NCBI GenBank assembly: GCA_028534125.1
Contig: CM052838.1
Coordinates: forward strand, 17,608,001-17,672,000
DNA length: 64,000 nucleotides
From: Lama glama
Taxonomy: Eukaryota
Direction of reading: 5' to 3'
The translations under genes and the position numbers were made by a program. Below are positions 14,701 through 29,109 of this stretch, in pieces (position 1 is the stretch's first letter; every line of letters starts with the position of its first letter). The notes below the pieces were generated by a model that saw nothing but the letters and a program-made list of their open reading frames with translations, did not search any database and was not told where the DNA came from.

Positions 14701-15384
14701 GGTCGGCCTGCAGAGCCCTGGGAGAGGGCATCCTCAGCTCAGCAAGGGACCTGCGGGATAATTAACTGGGACACTTGCTGGTCCTGACCACGTGCTCCTT
14801 CTGAGGCTGGTGCAGGGCAGACCGGACAGCTCCTCAGTGCCTGGTGACTTCTGGCAAGCCTGTCCCTCCTGCAATGCTGGACCTCTGGTGGCCCATCCCT
14901 GTGCTGGCGGCCCAGCCTCCCTCAACTCCTGCCTCGATGGCCTGGGATGGCTCTGTCCCCGTCCAAGGGTGGGATCACCAGCCCTGTGACTTTTCTGAGC
15001 TCCTTCCAAACCCTGGGTGTCTCTGGGTTTGCCTAACCCCTGCTTAGCAAAGAGGGAAGGCTCTGGGAACACATTTAGGAACACTCACTTTCCACCAGAA
15101 GTCTGGAACATGAAGAAGAGACAGCCCTCCACGGAAGGGACAAAGCAGCCAGGCTGGGTAAGACCAGAGCTTTCAGCCTCAGGTTTGATGGGGGAGGAAC
15201 AACACTTATCCATGGGGATTTAAGACATGACAGTTACAGTTTTAGAAATGGTACCATCCTCCCGGCTGCTCAGGGGTCCCCACTCCAGGTCTTCCACCTG
15301 AGGGGTGTTTCCAAGGAGACCTGGGGGCCTAAGGGGTGGCTGTCCAGTGCCCACCCAAGCAGGCCCTTGTACCACCCCTGATAG

Positions 15385-15516
15385 NNNNNNNNNNNNNNNN
15401 NNNNNNNNNNNNNNNNNNNNNNNNNNNNNNNNNNNNNNNNNNNNNNNNNNNNNNNNNNNNNNNNNNNNNNNNNNNNNNNNNNNNNNNNNNNNNNNNNNNN
15501 NNNNNNNNNNNNNNNN
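15385..15516. other. Assembly gap (N run) covering most of a ZMIZ1 exon and its donor
   Basis: Run of N. Confidence 0.99.
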
Positions 15517-15544
15517 AGCTCCTCGCACCAGGAGGACAGCAGGG
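15400..15544 (-). CDS. ZMIZ1: ZMIZ1 coding exon; its 3' end lies in the N gap, so the boundary at 15400 is inferred from the ~145-nt human exon
   Basis: Acceptor tccttccttgcag|CC at 15545/15544; visible part translates (A)LLSSWCEEL, matching ZMIZ1 [21 protein letters not shown]; phase 1 in. Confidence 0.9.
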
Positions 15545-18500
15545 CTGCAAGGAAGGACAGGATGGTCAGCGGGCTCCTCGGCCACCTCACCCTCTCAGAC
15601 TGGGTGCCTCTGACGCTGGTTTTGCCCCCACCTTGGTGAGACACCAGGAGAGTCACTAAGCCTCCTTAGGAGGCCTCAGTGTTCTCACCTGCACAATGGG
15701 ACTAACACCCCCGAAGAAAGGAGGCCTGAAAAGCCTCTGTTGCTGTAGGAGTAGATTACAGACGGGTCAGTTGTAACAGCAGAAAGGAGTGAGTCAAGAC
15801 CACGGAGCAGACGGCAGACCGGAGAGGGAGGGAGGGGGCCAAACACAGACCTTGTGTGGGCCGAGGCTGGGAACTGCTGGCCACCCCCAGACATCTCAGT
15901 GAAGTCCACCCCCTCGGACTCTGAATAATTGGCTCAACATAGCTTCTCTCCGTGAGTGGGGCCCCAAATCACAAGGTTTAAAAAAATCTGGATTCTTCCT
16001 GGAACCTGTTGACAACCGCAGGAGTCCCTGCAGGGTTCTCCCTGAAATTCCTCCCCGCAAAGTGCCTCTTTGCTGAGCATGGGTGCACCCACTTCTTGTC
16101 AGACCCATGACTGGTCCCTGCACCACTAGGCACAGATGCTTGAAAGGACAAACGATTCTGAGGGCAGAGAGTGGCCTGGGGGTGGGGTGGGGGAACGAGC
16201 TAGAATCTGCCAGGGGCCCCAAAGGCAGGAGCACGTGAGGGCTTAGCAAGGCCTCAGACACCAAGAGAAAAGCAACCAGAATGAACTGGGTGCTGGAGGA
16301 AGAATGCAACTTTCTTTCACCCTTAACTGTCCCAGTGTGGCCACCAGGGCCAAAAGCACCCCAAGGTCAGTGTTTCTGGCTAGTCCCTCCAAAGTGCATG
16401 TCGAGCTAAGATTTGGGGACGGAGTCAGGAGCTAGGAAGCCTGGACTGTCACCATCCTGCTGTGTGACCCTAAGGAGCTCACAGACCCTCTCTGGGCCTC
16501 AGTTTGATGACAGGGAAAGAGAAGTAGGGACCCTTGCCCTGCCTTCCTCCAGGGCTGTGGTCAGGGGCGGCAGAGAAACTGCTGAGACTGTGGAAGCAAA
16601 GAGGTGGATCACACCCCAGCTAGGGTCCCACTCCTGGCGTGAGTACTTCAGCCAGACTGATCTGGTAGTTCTGGAAGGAGTCGACCGGGTGGGGTGGTCA
16701 GGAGCCTTTTGAACCAGGACTGTCTGGCCATCTGGAGGGAGCCCACTCCCTCATTCCCAGGATCTCCCATCTGGACACTGTACAACATGATTCTGTGTCC
16801 TTTTCTCGAATCCACCCTGTGTGATCCAGGGTATCAGCTGTTATCTCCATTCTACAGAGAGCAGGCTGAAGCTTGGGCAGGTGAAGCTACTTGCCCACAG
16901 TAACCACAGCCAGAGAGGGGCAAAGACACAGACGGCGCCCCTGCTGTAGGCCCCGATGCTGGAGCCCAGGGCTGGACCAGGGTGTGGGAGAGAAGGTGGT
17001 ACCCTTCAGAAGGCAAAAACGAACCGGCCATGGTCTCCAGCTCCTCTGATTCAACGAGGAACCCTTTCAGCCTTGTTTGAATCACACCCTTTCCTGCACG
17101 TAGCAGTCACCCGGGGATGAGGTCCAGACACACGAGGCTCCGGACTGGCTGCACAGGGCTGCTGCTTCGGGTCACCCAGATCCTGCAGAGGCTCCCCCAT
17201 CAGCGCCAGGCCCTGCGAGGCAGGGCTGGGGACCCTCTGAGACAGACCCTGCCAGGCTCTGCCCCCTGCCCATGGGCCAGGCAAGCTCTGTAAGGAGTGT
17301 GGAATGAGTAGGGCCCGGCATCTTGGAGAGCAGTGGGTTCCTTCCTGCCCCTCACCAGGCAGGCAGGGGCCAGGAGGCAGCTTTGAGGATCAGCAGGAGA
17401 ACCCTGTCCATCCAGTCCTGCTGCGAGCTGGCCGGGAGGGAGGTGTCCACAATCTCAGGGGCCTGCTGGGGTCCGAAGGGCAAAGGAAGGACAGTGGCTC
17501 TTGTGGGAACAGGGTGGGGTGTTGAGGGGCCCCGCCCGCACTGCTGGGTGCGTCTGCCCGGCCTGTGTAGTGTGTGAAGATGCTCAGCCAAGGAGGCAGT
17601 GAGGCTGAGATTCAGCCTGGGCTCCCCTCGAGACGGCACCTGTTTCTCCCTCCAGGAGGGGGTGCCAATGGGTGAGCTGTGTCTTAAAAGCTGAGTCCTG
17701 TCCCTCTCTGTGGGCCACCCATGCCACCACCTGCACAGGGAGGAGGGTGCCAGAGAGGAGAGGCCCCACCCTGGCGTGTGTCTGCCCAGAAACCGTGGCA
17801 CAACGCCCCTAACGCGGGCGCCCAGCACACATCTGCTGCAGCTGGAGGGGGAGGCAGCCTATTCAGAGAGGCTGAAACAAACAGAAATGAATTTCCAGAT
17901 TGCTCCATTCTTCTCCAGGCCCCTAGTTACTGCTTCTTGTGCGGGGGGGCACCGGGCATCTGGAAACTCATTTGCACGCCAAGCACGAGGCCCGGCGGAT
18001 CACAGCCATGGAAGGATTGCTTGGCTGCCAGCACAAAGGAAGGCCGCAGATGGTGCCGCCTGCTGCCCGCCCTGCCCACGGCCGCCCCTCTCAGCCCACG
18101 CTCCTCCGAAGGGCCCCCACGCCATGGGAGGGGTTGGGGGCACCACGGGGGCATTTGGAGCTTTCCTCCAATGTCACAAGCCACCCTCCTACTTGGTCAA
18201 GGATGGCCCTTGTCTTCCTACTGCTAGTGGAGTGGTTTTCCGTAAAGAGAATAAAGGGAGGCTGGTGGTGTAGTGTGGCCTGGCTGAGTAGGGACTGGGA
18301 TGCTGTGAGCAGATGTGATTAGGCAGCCAGGACACGGCACAGATGCCAGGGCAGCCACGTTCCTACCACTGAGAGGGAAAGGACAAGAAGTGAGGGAGGC
18401 ACCACCCATCACCCCCTTGGCCTGAGCTGCTGGCTGTCTAGCACAGAGGCCACGCTGGCAGACACGTGGTGGACGGACACAGTGCAGGCTCTCCTCACGG

Positions 18501-19139
18501 TGTAAACCAACACAAGCCGTTCCCGTGCCAAGGCAAATGCTGGTTAATGGTAACACGCAGAATTTGCAACCAAAAAAATCAGAGACCCAGGAGGACCCAC
18601 AGGCAAACGCAGGTGGGGTGGGTGTCCAGGTGTGCACCTGTGTGTGCCTGGGTCTGAGCTGTGTGTGCACGGGTGAGCCAAGCGTGCCTCTCTGATGAGG
18701 CAGCACTAGTGCCTACACCACCCGGGGGAGGGGAAGAGAGGGGACAATGGCGGGCAGGCTGTGGGAAGCAGGCACTAAGGGCCCTGGCTCTAGAGTTCCA
18801 CAGATGGGGCTTGAATCGTGCCCTAACACTCCCTAGCTGGGAGATTTCACACAGGCTGCTCCACCACTTGGAGCTCAGTTTCCCCATCTGTGAAAAGGGC
18901 TTAACAGAAGCTGCCCACATCAGAGTGGAGGTGAGCTGTAAATTAGCGCTCTCAATCAACCGCATGGGAATCCAAGCAGAAGCTAAAAGGGAGGGAGGGT
19001 GGGCGGGGGACCAAAGGACCCTGCAACTCAAAGTAGCCCCAGAAGAGCAAGCCCTCAATCACACACCTACCACTGCATCACATGGCCCCCGCAGAGCTGG
19101 TGAGGCACGGACTCCACAAGCCACCCCAGCTCGGTCTCC

Positions 19140-19335
19140 ACCAACCATGTGACACCTGGAGCAAGGCACCTAAACTCTCGTGCCTCAGTTTCCTCATCCC
19201 TAAAGTGGGGTGATGGTAATTCTACTCCCCATTTCACAGAGCAGCTGTAAGGATGTGCTGAATTACCACCATGACGTACAGGAACAGCATCAGGCACGTA
19301 GTAGGTGCTATACATGGGTTCGCTACAATGACAGT
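19140..19335 (+). mobile_element. MIR SINE
   Basis: tgtgacacctggagcaaggcacctaaactctcgtgcctcagtttcctcatccctaaagtggggtgat...ggcacgtagtaggtgct. Confidence 0.75.
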
Positions 19336-22300
19336 ATTATTGCCCTTGGTTGGTAGATGCGTGACCAACAGGATGGCCTTGGTGTCTGTCCACTTCTGAC
19401 CACACCATAGCAGCCCTGAGGGGTCGGTGGAAGGGAAAGAGGATTCCAGCCGGGAGAAGACATGACTGGCTGACCTCTCGTGTTCCCATTGCAAGCACAT
19501 GTCTTTGTAGCTTATCCAGGAAGCTGCAAGGAGACACTGGGGTTCCATGGACTTAAGCAACTAAATCCTCTGTCGGCAGCACGTGTCTTACCGTTGAGGC
19601 CATACCGCGGTGTGATTGGTGGTGTGTTCTTCCTTCCCAGCGGTACATAACATAGTGGTGTGTGTGACAATGGGGAGCACCTTCTGTTGACGGGATCCAG
19701 TTGACAAGGGGCCCCCGCCTCAGAGGATGCTACGATAAGGCAGCACGAACGGGGCGGCTGAGAATCAGGAGGGTCAAAGGATTCAGGTCTGAGGGAGGGC
19801 ACCGAGGGAGAGCCGAGTTCCCGAATTTGCTCCCCAAGATCTCTCTGGCCGGTCCCCCTGCAGCTGGCCGCTACCACCAGTGTCCTTTAGGGACAAGAAA
19901 AAGGAAACCAGATGCAGGAATGAGGGCAGGTCTGGACTGGAGCCCTGGGAGCATCCTGGTTGTGGCTTGTCCCAGATGTGCCTTCCCTAGGAACAGTGAC
20001 AGGCCCTGCATTTGCCTCTACCTGCAGCTCCTGGCAGAAGGGATGCCCAGGACGGGCTGACCAGATGAACTAGTGTGGGGCTGCTAGTCTGACCTGAGAG
20101 AGGTGGCGGAAGGAAGAGGCTGCACTGCTGGGTTTGGGAACTGCCTGGGCTCCAGGTAGGGAGGGCGGAGCTGCATTCTCCAGGCCAGGCGAGTAACCAG
20201 TGGACAATGAGCCAGTTGGGGGTAAAGGGGAAGCAGAGGCTGGGGTCTGGGAGTTGGAGCATCAAAGGGACAGACAAGCTCACCCGGGCACATGTGAAAA
20301 GCGGCCCCTTGCCAGGTTGGACTTGGGCTTGAAAAAGAGCCAAAAACCAGAGGCAGCCATGTGCCCCCCACCCCCGCAAAAATAAAAGGCGTTCATTCCT
20401 TTTGGAGGCAAGCAAAGGGAGATTCAGACAGCAAAAGGCCGGGATATTCATTCCTGGTAAGATCTGGGAATCAGGAAGGGTTGGGAGCAGCTGTGGGAGG
20501 GTCGAGGAGGATGAAAAGCTGTCTGGGGAGGAGGGTACAGAGACCTGGATGTAAGGGCCAAGCAGCAGAATTATCAAATGCGCTGCAGCCTGGGGAAGCT
20601 ACACGCAAAATGAAACAAAGGCATATTAAGTATCAAAGAGCATCTTAGCAGCTGAAAGGCTGTGGAAGAACAGAGGCATGTGTGAGAGCATGAGTGTGTG
20701 TGTGTGTGTGAGGGGGGAGGGAGGGGGTAGAGCTCTGAGATCCAGTGATGGGGCAGGACTCAGGGGTACCCAGCAGGCGAGTCTGCGAGGCAGCAGCCTC
20801 TCAAACCATGCCCTGGGGGAGAGGGGAGGAAGATTCAGGCAGAGCAAGGCAGAAAGAGCTTCCAGGAGCACACAAATGGGGTTCGCTGTTCAATGAAATA
20901 TACTAACGACGCATTTTCAAATGCTTTCATATCATCAGTTTACTACATCCACACAAGACCTCTGAAGTGGTCCCCTTCCCCATCACAGGCGAGTCAGGGC
21001 AGAAGAACCAGTCTTCCACACTGGGCACCCCCTTCCCCTCTGTTCCCTCCCGACACATCTGAGTTCCTATTCTCATACCCATGAGAATCCCCAGGAGCAC
21101 CTCAAGCCACCTTGGGAAGATGGGCACTGCCTGTTCCCCCCTGCCCCACCCATGGGTCATCGCAGCCTGATTATCTTTGCAGCCTGTCCCCTCTGCTTCT
21201 TACCGGTTCCAATCACCTTCTGCAGCCTTGTCCTTTCTCTCCTGAATTATGATGCGCCCCATCATTTATCTCAGTCACCAATCTCGCCTCCTGCCAACCT
21301 GCACTCCACAAGGCGGCCAGAGGAATTTTTCCACAAATGGATTCTGTTCACCTCTTTCCAATGTGTCCCCAGAGGCTGCCCAGGACCTGGTAGACAGGAG
21401 ATGCTCAAAGGATGCTGAAATGAGTGAGAGAGCTGGGCTACCCAGGGGAAAGCCAAGATGTTCTAGAGCGAGAGCATGAACCCTGAGGGCCATGATGAGA
21501 TTTGAGGGGCTCACTTCTGCAACTCTGGCACCAGCACAGGCTACGCAGCCAACACAACTAACGGACTGAAATGAATCACAGCTACATAAGCTGACGGGAA
21601 GGAGACGGGAGAGATGGACAGACACTGCGCACGCTGCATCTGAAACCCAGACGACCAGGGAAATACCTGTGACCTGGCACCCTGTGGCTTTTAAACCTGC
21701 CAGCAGCTCCCCACTCCTCGGGGGTGGAGCCCTGGCCCCAGGAGCATTACCCCAAATGGACTCCTATCACTATGTGTCTAGGATGGTGCTGTCATCAAAT
21801 AAAATCTATAACCCACACAAGTGACACCTGTTTTGTGACATGCACACCCAGTGGTGGGTCACTCCAAAATGGGGAATGAAAGGTAAGCAGTTTACAGAAA
21901 GAATATCTATTCGTATAACTTGGAAGGCCAGCTGTGGCCTTCCTCTGCTGGTGGGTTAGCACTGGTCGTGTCGCTGTGTCCGCCGTGTGGGGGCTGGCAG
22001 AGGAGGGCCTCCCCAGGGCATCTCACCCAGCGCTCTCTGCAGACGCTGCTGCCTGTCCTCCTGCCTCGCAGACCAGGCCACACCCTCCTACCCTCTGACT
22101 TTCCTCTTTCATCTCCCCAAACACGGGGTCCTGCCTGGGACCATTTCTCAGGGAAGTGTGGGGTTCAGAGACAGTGAAGACTCCTGCCTGCGCTTGAGGA
22201 CCAGGGTTCCACTCCTCAGATCCGTGCAGAGAAAGGGAGGAGTGATGAGTACTAGGGACGGAAGGGCAAAGGGGTTGTTGAGATGACCTGGCTGGTTGAG

Positions 22301-22509
22301 AGGCCTGGGCTGGTCTCTCCATCTCATCTGTAAAGTGGGGAGACAATAAGAGGAACCTCTGCTCACAGACCTGGCATGAGGAGCTCAAAGATGAAGAAAG
22401 AGCCCAAGTTTTAAATCACAGAGATGATGAGAGATGGCAAGTCTTGTGTGAGTCTCAGCTGGAAACTCAGGAGTTACAAAATGCCCACTATCTCCTGCCT
22501 CTGGAAGGC

Positions 22510-22800
22510 AGAGTGGCCAAGAGCATAGATTCCAGCCAGACCACCTGAGTTCAAGTCCCAGCTCAGCCACTTAGCAGCTGTGTGACCTTGGATAACTCAC
22601 TTAACCTCTCTGTGCTCTGGTTTTCCCTTTGGCAAAATGGGATACAAATAATATAATAATACTATAAAAATATAAATGATAAATATTACCTACCTCCTAA
22701 GTTGTCATGAGGACTAAACAAGCTGATAGACATAAAATGCCAGTACAACGCCTGGCATATAGGAAGGGCTGTAAGAATAAACTGTTACTGTTTCTATTGT
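22510..22800 (+). mobile_element. MIR SINE, near full length
   Basis: ccagaccacctgagttcaagtcccagctcagccacttagcagctgtgtgaccttggataactcacttaacctctctgtgctc...acctacctc...gcctggcatatagga. Confidence 0.88.
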
Positions 22801-25800
22801 TATCGATTATGAGGCTTCTGCGTCCTCATCTACATACTGTTGCTCAAATAAAATACAGTTTCCTTCACCCGTCTCCAAGAGGCTCACAAAAATGCTTGTA
22901 TGCCTTGGGCCCAGCCTTATACCACCTCCTTCACACTGGGCGCTCTTTGGGTGGGCAGTGTTGCTCCCCAGCAGTCCAGCAGTGCCCTGACCCAGTGTTT
23001 TCTCTTGCCAGACACCCTGGATTGGGCACACCCAGGCCCCCATGAAACTGAGCCCCAGCAGCTGCTCACTTTGACTCAGCTCAGGTGGCCAGTCTGGGCA
23101 GACCCCTCCTTCCTCAAGAGTGCCTGGGTGGCAGGCAGACCCTTGGCCCCTCCTCAGTCTCCACGCCCTCATGTGTCCAGCAGGAGGTGGGACAAGGGCC
23201 AAGGTCAGGAATCTTGCTCTGAGCCGTGACCCGCGAGAACAGAGCTACCCATGGATTATCATCTGCCCATCCTCCTCTGTGGGCCCACCACTGCTTGGTG
23301 CCCCAGAAATAGACAAAAGGGCCCCCTCCCTGCCTGTACCTTCAGGTCATCTCCTCCCAGGAAACAGCACAGAAGGCACGTGACTGTGAAGGGTCAGAGC
23401 CAGGGGCAAAGAATCAGAGCCTGTGGGCTGGGGCAGTGGCTGCTTGGCCTCAGATCAGGTATCTGCCCTGTGTGGCCACTGACCCAGTGAGGCAGCCTGT
23501 GCCATGTGTGCATCTGTGCAATGGGGTGACAGCACCCTGCTATGCACAGAGAGGACCTAATGGGGTCATGGGGGTGGACAGACAGGCCTTTAGTTTTCCC
23601 AACAGCCTGGCACCCTCTGCCTCACTGGAGTCTCACAACCCCCAGCGAGGGGCTGGCCAAGGATGAGGCTGTTTTATGAATCAGAAATGGAGGCCCAAGA
23701 GGAGATGATTCAACCAGTCACACCACAGGACAGCGGCTGTGCAGCTGGTCTGGGATGGTTTCCCTTCCCCCCAACAAGTCAGTGATCTCACCCATCTGAG
23801 AGCAAGCACATCCCAGGAGATGGCTCCGTGCCTCCCACCCACCCCCTCTCCCACAATCCACCACCACCCCAGCTCACTGTCCCTGGTCTGCTACCAACTT
23901 CCTGTGTGACCTCGGGCAACTTCCTTCCCTCTCCGGGCTGTATGTAAAAGAGGGGCGAGCATTTGTACTTTCTGAAGTCGGTGGCCCCAGGAGTCAGCCC
24001 TGGTCTCACATCAAGGTCTCGTCTCTTGGGGCTGAGGCCCACCCTGACCCCCTCGCAATCCCGCAGGTGCTGTGGGTGAAATGAGCTGTCCATCCTCATG
24101 CCTGGACCCTCCCCCTCCTCACCAGGGTGGGCTACAGGTGGAAGTGACTCCAGAGCTTTCACCTTGCCCAGGTGCCCTGTTTACTAAGGCCTCGAGCCGA
24201 GCTGGGAGTGGATCTGCTGAGGTCTGACAGCCGATGTGAGCAGGACCCAGGTGTGATGGGGCCCCGCGGGTGGGCAGGAGGGGAGGACTCTGCACCCTGA
24301 GCTTCTGGGGCCACAGAGGGGTTAGAACGACAGGAAACACTGTCCCTGGGGGGTCGCAGGATGGACTTTAGTGGCCTTGATGGCTGACCCCTGGAACAGA
24401 AAGCCAGAGATGTTCTCCCTGGGGGGAAATCTTGTCCTGCTGCAAAACAGTCATATCATTGCACTCCCAGCAGCAGCAGCAGCACACGGTCCTGAGTTTC
24501 AGTTACTTCCGGCTTTTCTAGATCATTCGCACTTTGCCCCCTGCTCTGTCATCTCTCATCACCGTGGCTAAGAAAGTCAAAGCAAGGAGGGATCGCCTGC
24601 TGGCCCTTTGGCCGCAAGTGACCCCGTCTCTCTCCATCTCCACCCACTCCCCTTATCCCCGCTCCCTCAGTCCCCACGTGCAGGTGGCTGACCCAGTGAG
24701 TGGCGTGCAGTCCCATCCCATCCCAAGACTCGCAGGGAGGCTCACGGCCTGCCCCACTCAGCCCTACCTGCTTCCCCGCGCTGGGCAGATCCTGCCATCT
24801 CAGGTCCTGCTGTTCAGCCTGGCAGGAGAGGGCCTCTGGGCCGTTCCTTCCTCCAGTGTTCCCACCCCTTCTCCCCAAGGGCTGTCCGGGTTGGCAGGAG
24901 CTGAGTGTCTCCAGGCCTGTGAACTCACCCTGGGAACTGAACTCTAGGGAACCTTGAGGCCGGCAGGGCTGATTCCCAAACCAGTTTGGCTGTCCCTCAA
25001 CCTTGTGGAGCAGGATGTTTGGACCCAAGAGGAGACGTCAGACAGGTTGAGCCTGTCTATGGACTTAAGGAAAATCCCAGCCTGGAAAATTCTCTCTCCA
25101 CCTCACACTACCCTCTAGGCCTTCCTGGATAACTCAAATTCAAATGAAAAGACACTCAAAACAAGCTCAAGGGCTGCTTTCATCAGAAAGAGAATGCCCC
25201 TTTCTTCTTGGGGCTGTCACTCAGTCCTGCTAGTCTGAGGGATGGGCCTGGACAGAGGCACCCACCAAAGAACGGCCCTGTGTACTACACCCCCATGAGG
25301 GGCCGCTAACGCACCCCTGGCCCCCTGGCTCTCAGAAGCCACCTGGTGGCAGTGAAGTCACAGCCCCCATCTTAGAGATGAGGGGCAAGCACAGAGAAGC
25401 TAGGACACACCAGAGCTTGCAGCAGGCCAGAACCAAAGCAGGACATCTCCTGCCTGAGATGTTTGCTGGCAGTGGGGCAGGCATGCGGAGCTAGACCACC
25501 TAAGCTGAAATTATGCAGCAGTAGTAGCCAGGCAAGTGTTCTGGAGAGGGGAGGGGCCCTGAACCACTCACAGCAGATTGAGGCCTCTGTGCACCCGAAC
25601 CCCATATTCCTGGGTTCCAACAGGACAGACTTCTTTGGCTACCCATGGATGGACCAGAATTATCACGGCAGGGAGTCTCCCTACCTCCATCTCGCTCAAG
25701 GCAGCACTGGAGCAGGATGGAGATCTGCAGGCCCAGGGTGGTGAGGATGATCCCCTCTGCCACCACGGGCCTTGGGATGACACTCCCAGTGCACCTGCAA

Positions 25801-27143
25801 GACAAGACCTGCTCCACACCTGCCCGCCTGCAGGCCCCAGAGCCATGCCCCCAGGAACCTGAGCTCATGCTCCTCATTCCAACAGGCCACCTGGCCAGTC
25901 GGTTCTCTTCTACACAGACAGCTTGCCCAGGGGTTAAACACCACTGCTGTTGCTCACTCTCAGGAAGCCCGAGGGGTAAGGAGGGGTTACGGGAATCAAT
26001 TTCTTCCCTGCGTAATTTACTTTTCTGAGGCTTCCCAGCTGGGTACTCACAGTTTGGCTGTGTCCTCCTGCTCCCAGCAAAAGAAGGAGAGGTCGGCGCG
26101 AGGCCGGGCCCCTCCCAAGGTCAAGCAGACCCCCGAGACCAAACACACAACTGTCCACCTTTGTGGACAGCAAGAGGGCTGTGAGTCTGAGCGCTAGGAG
26201 CCCTTGCTGAGCACTCCCTCCATCCGCTCCAGCCACTATGTCTGCGATTCCTTCTCCCCACTCCAGGCTTGTCAGGCCTGAGCACCAGGCAAGTGGCTGA
26301 GAGGTGGAGGCAGGGCTCCGAGCCAGCTCAAGTCACTCTGCAAATTAGGTAGGTCTTTTAGCTCAGGGGCACAAGACCTGGACCCATGGGTGGCACTTGG
26401 TGGCAGATTCAGATGCTCCTTCCTGACCCCGTATGGTGGGAGATGACAACCTTCTAGTGGGTTCCTTACCCAAAATTGTGTTGCAGGGTTTTCTCTCTTA
26501 TCTGTTTATCCAGCAAAAATCACCCGATTGCCCGCACATTTCACATTTCTATTCTATTAGCCTCCTAATTGGTCACTCCACTCCTTTTCAGGGAAACCCG
26601 GAGTGTGGACGTTCGATGGAGCCCTGGAAACCCCCCACGCCTGGCTGTCACGACCCCTCCAGGTGCCCAGCAGGGGATGACCTGGCTGCCCTGGACGCCA
26701 GATTGGCCTTCATTTCTCCCACCGGGCTCTCCTTCTAAACTGCAGGGGCCCTGGATGCGTCTTAAGAGTCTATTTTTCATTCTTTTAGCACACGATCTAT
26801 ACTTGTTTTATTTATGTATTGGTAGACACCATTTGAAGAAAACCTGACATAGAGACTGAATTTATAGAATACTTCGAGGGGGAGGGGGCAGGAAATGAGA
26901 GAGTTTTTTTTCTCTTTGCAGAAGCTCCTTTACATGATGAAATGATTCTGTGAGGTTTCTTTAAATATCCAGCTGCCTTGTTGCAATGAAAGTAAGAATC
27001 ATTTATAAGAATTCCATTTACATCTAGTGCTTCCTTGGCTGCACCTGTTACTCAAGAGTGTAACACACCTGGGTGATGTCTGGGTGACTGTGGCCCGGGT
27101 GGTGAGGTCCCAGGGCAAGAATGAAGCACCTGGGTTTCCAGGC

Positions 27144-27331
27144 CAGGGCTTTCTCAATCTTGTCTGTGCATTAGAAGCATCTGGAAAGCTTGTTCAAATC
27201 CAGAGTGCTGGGCCTCACTCCCAGTGGGGTTTCTGATTCGGTGGGTCTGGGGTGGAGCTGAAAGAATTTGCATTTCTAACCAGTTCCCAGGTGATGCTGC
27301 TGGTCTGGGGACCCCAGTTTGAGAACCACTT
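27144..27331. mobile_element. MER5A-like hAT-Charlie MITE
   Basis: Terminal inverted repeats cagggctttctcaa / ttgagaaccact, with internal gcattagaagcatctgg and atttgcatttctaaccagttcccaggtgatgctg typical of MER5A. Confidence 0.85.
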
Positions 27332-29109
27332 CTCTAGACTGAGGGGTGAAGCTCAGCTGCCATTTGCTGCATGAAAGGAGGGGGAGGGCACCACTCCTCC
27401 CTCTCCCCTTCATGCAAGCTCTCAGGCCAGAAGTCCTGTGTGCCTGGCAGATGGTCTCCGACACTGCTGCTAACTTCCCCGGATCTTTATGTTCAAGGCT
27501 CTGGAGGTTTGACCCCCTGACTGTTCCTGGCAGTGGTCCAGGGGAAAGAACACTGGGCAGGGAGTCAGAAGTGGGTGAGCCCGGGTTTGATCTACTGTGG
27601 GAACCATGCAATCTTGAGCAAGACCCTGGTAGCTATGTGCACCTCAGTTTCTTCACCTGCATGTAAACCTGCCTCACCCACCTGCTCTAAAGGTGTAATG
27701 AGGCAAACTTGGCAGTGGCTCCTGCAGACAGAGAACTTGATTTAGGCCAGGCACTGTTCTGAACACTTTGCATGCACCATCTCATTCAGGCCAACACTCT
27801 AGGAGGTAACTTCTACTGCCTCCTCATAACCATTTCCGGCTCCACCACTCACCACTGTGTGAGCTGTGTGGCCCTGAGCCCTCTCTGCCTTGAGGCCTGC
27901 CTCACAGTGGCTGTAAAAACTGAGCTGGATCCTGCAGGGCTCAGCATCCCTGTGGCTCTCAGGAAGCAGCCCCAGGGCAGCTCCAAGTAGGCAGGCGGGG
28001 ACAGACAGAGGCCTGGGCCATCTGCAGTTCAGGCTGGCTCCCTGTTTCTCTCCCAGAGCAGCTGGGGGAGGGAGCCGTCATTTGTTTAGGCCTCTGCAGT
28101 GTTTAATCACCAGGCAGCCCTCCCTCCCTCCCTCCCTCCTCCTGCTCCAGTGCCTGCTCTCTCCCTGCAGGAAAGAGCTCTCTGCCTTCTGCCTCTGAGG
28201 GAGGCCATGAAAAATTAACACAGCACCCAGAGAGAAGGAGACACCGAGGCAGGGAGGGGCGACAGAGCCAGGTGACCAGCTGGGGAGGACCAGCCGAGCA
28301 GGCACTAGTTGGGCAAGCTGGATCCCGAGGGGGCTCTGGAGGGCCCATGGGTCAAACAACTAACCACCCAGCAGGCCACAGGGTCTTGGATGGCCGTCAG
28401 CCTGGGGGTCCAGAGCAAATCCACCTGCCTCTCAGGGAGCTAGAATGCAGGGTCTGGGACTTCCTGGGGTCCTGAGCCCTTGGAGAATCTGAGGACAGTG
28501 ACAGATTCTCTGCCTCTGGTCTGCGGTGGGCCGGGTCATGCAGGGACATGCCCAGGGGAAGGTCAAGTGAGGCCAGGCAGAAACTGGACACACTCCTTTT
28601 CTCTGTTCATTTTCCTGACAGTCCTGGTATGGCAGGATCACTACCCCAATCTTCCAGGAGGAAACTGCCTCTCAGAGAGGTTAAGGAACCTGCCCAACAA
28701 CAACCAGCCAAAACAATCAACAGAATGGGACCGACTTATTTTTAATTAATAAAACAACTTTTATTTACCTAAGTAATGTGCAAATAGCTCCTTTAGAAAG
28801 CTAACATTTCAGCTAGAGACCAGAAGTGGGATGAGGGCCCACATTTGCCAGCCTCCAAACCCGTAGTTTTTCTATTTTATCTGACGATTCCACCTCACTG
28901 TTACATTTCGCCACCCTCCCTTCTTGACTTTTCAACAGTGACTTTTGAAGAAGTAATGTGTGCGTGTGATTAAAAATACACAGAAGTAGAAAAAAGGTAT
29001 GTCTTCAAGAATGTGGTCTCCCCTTCCCAAGTCTTATGGCTCAGTCCCTCCCACCAGGGTAATCACACTAGTGGCTTTGGTTTTCCTTCCAGAGTGATTC
29101 CCTCACTTT

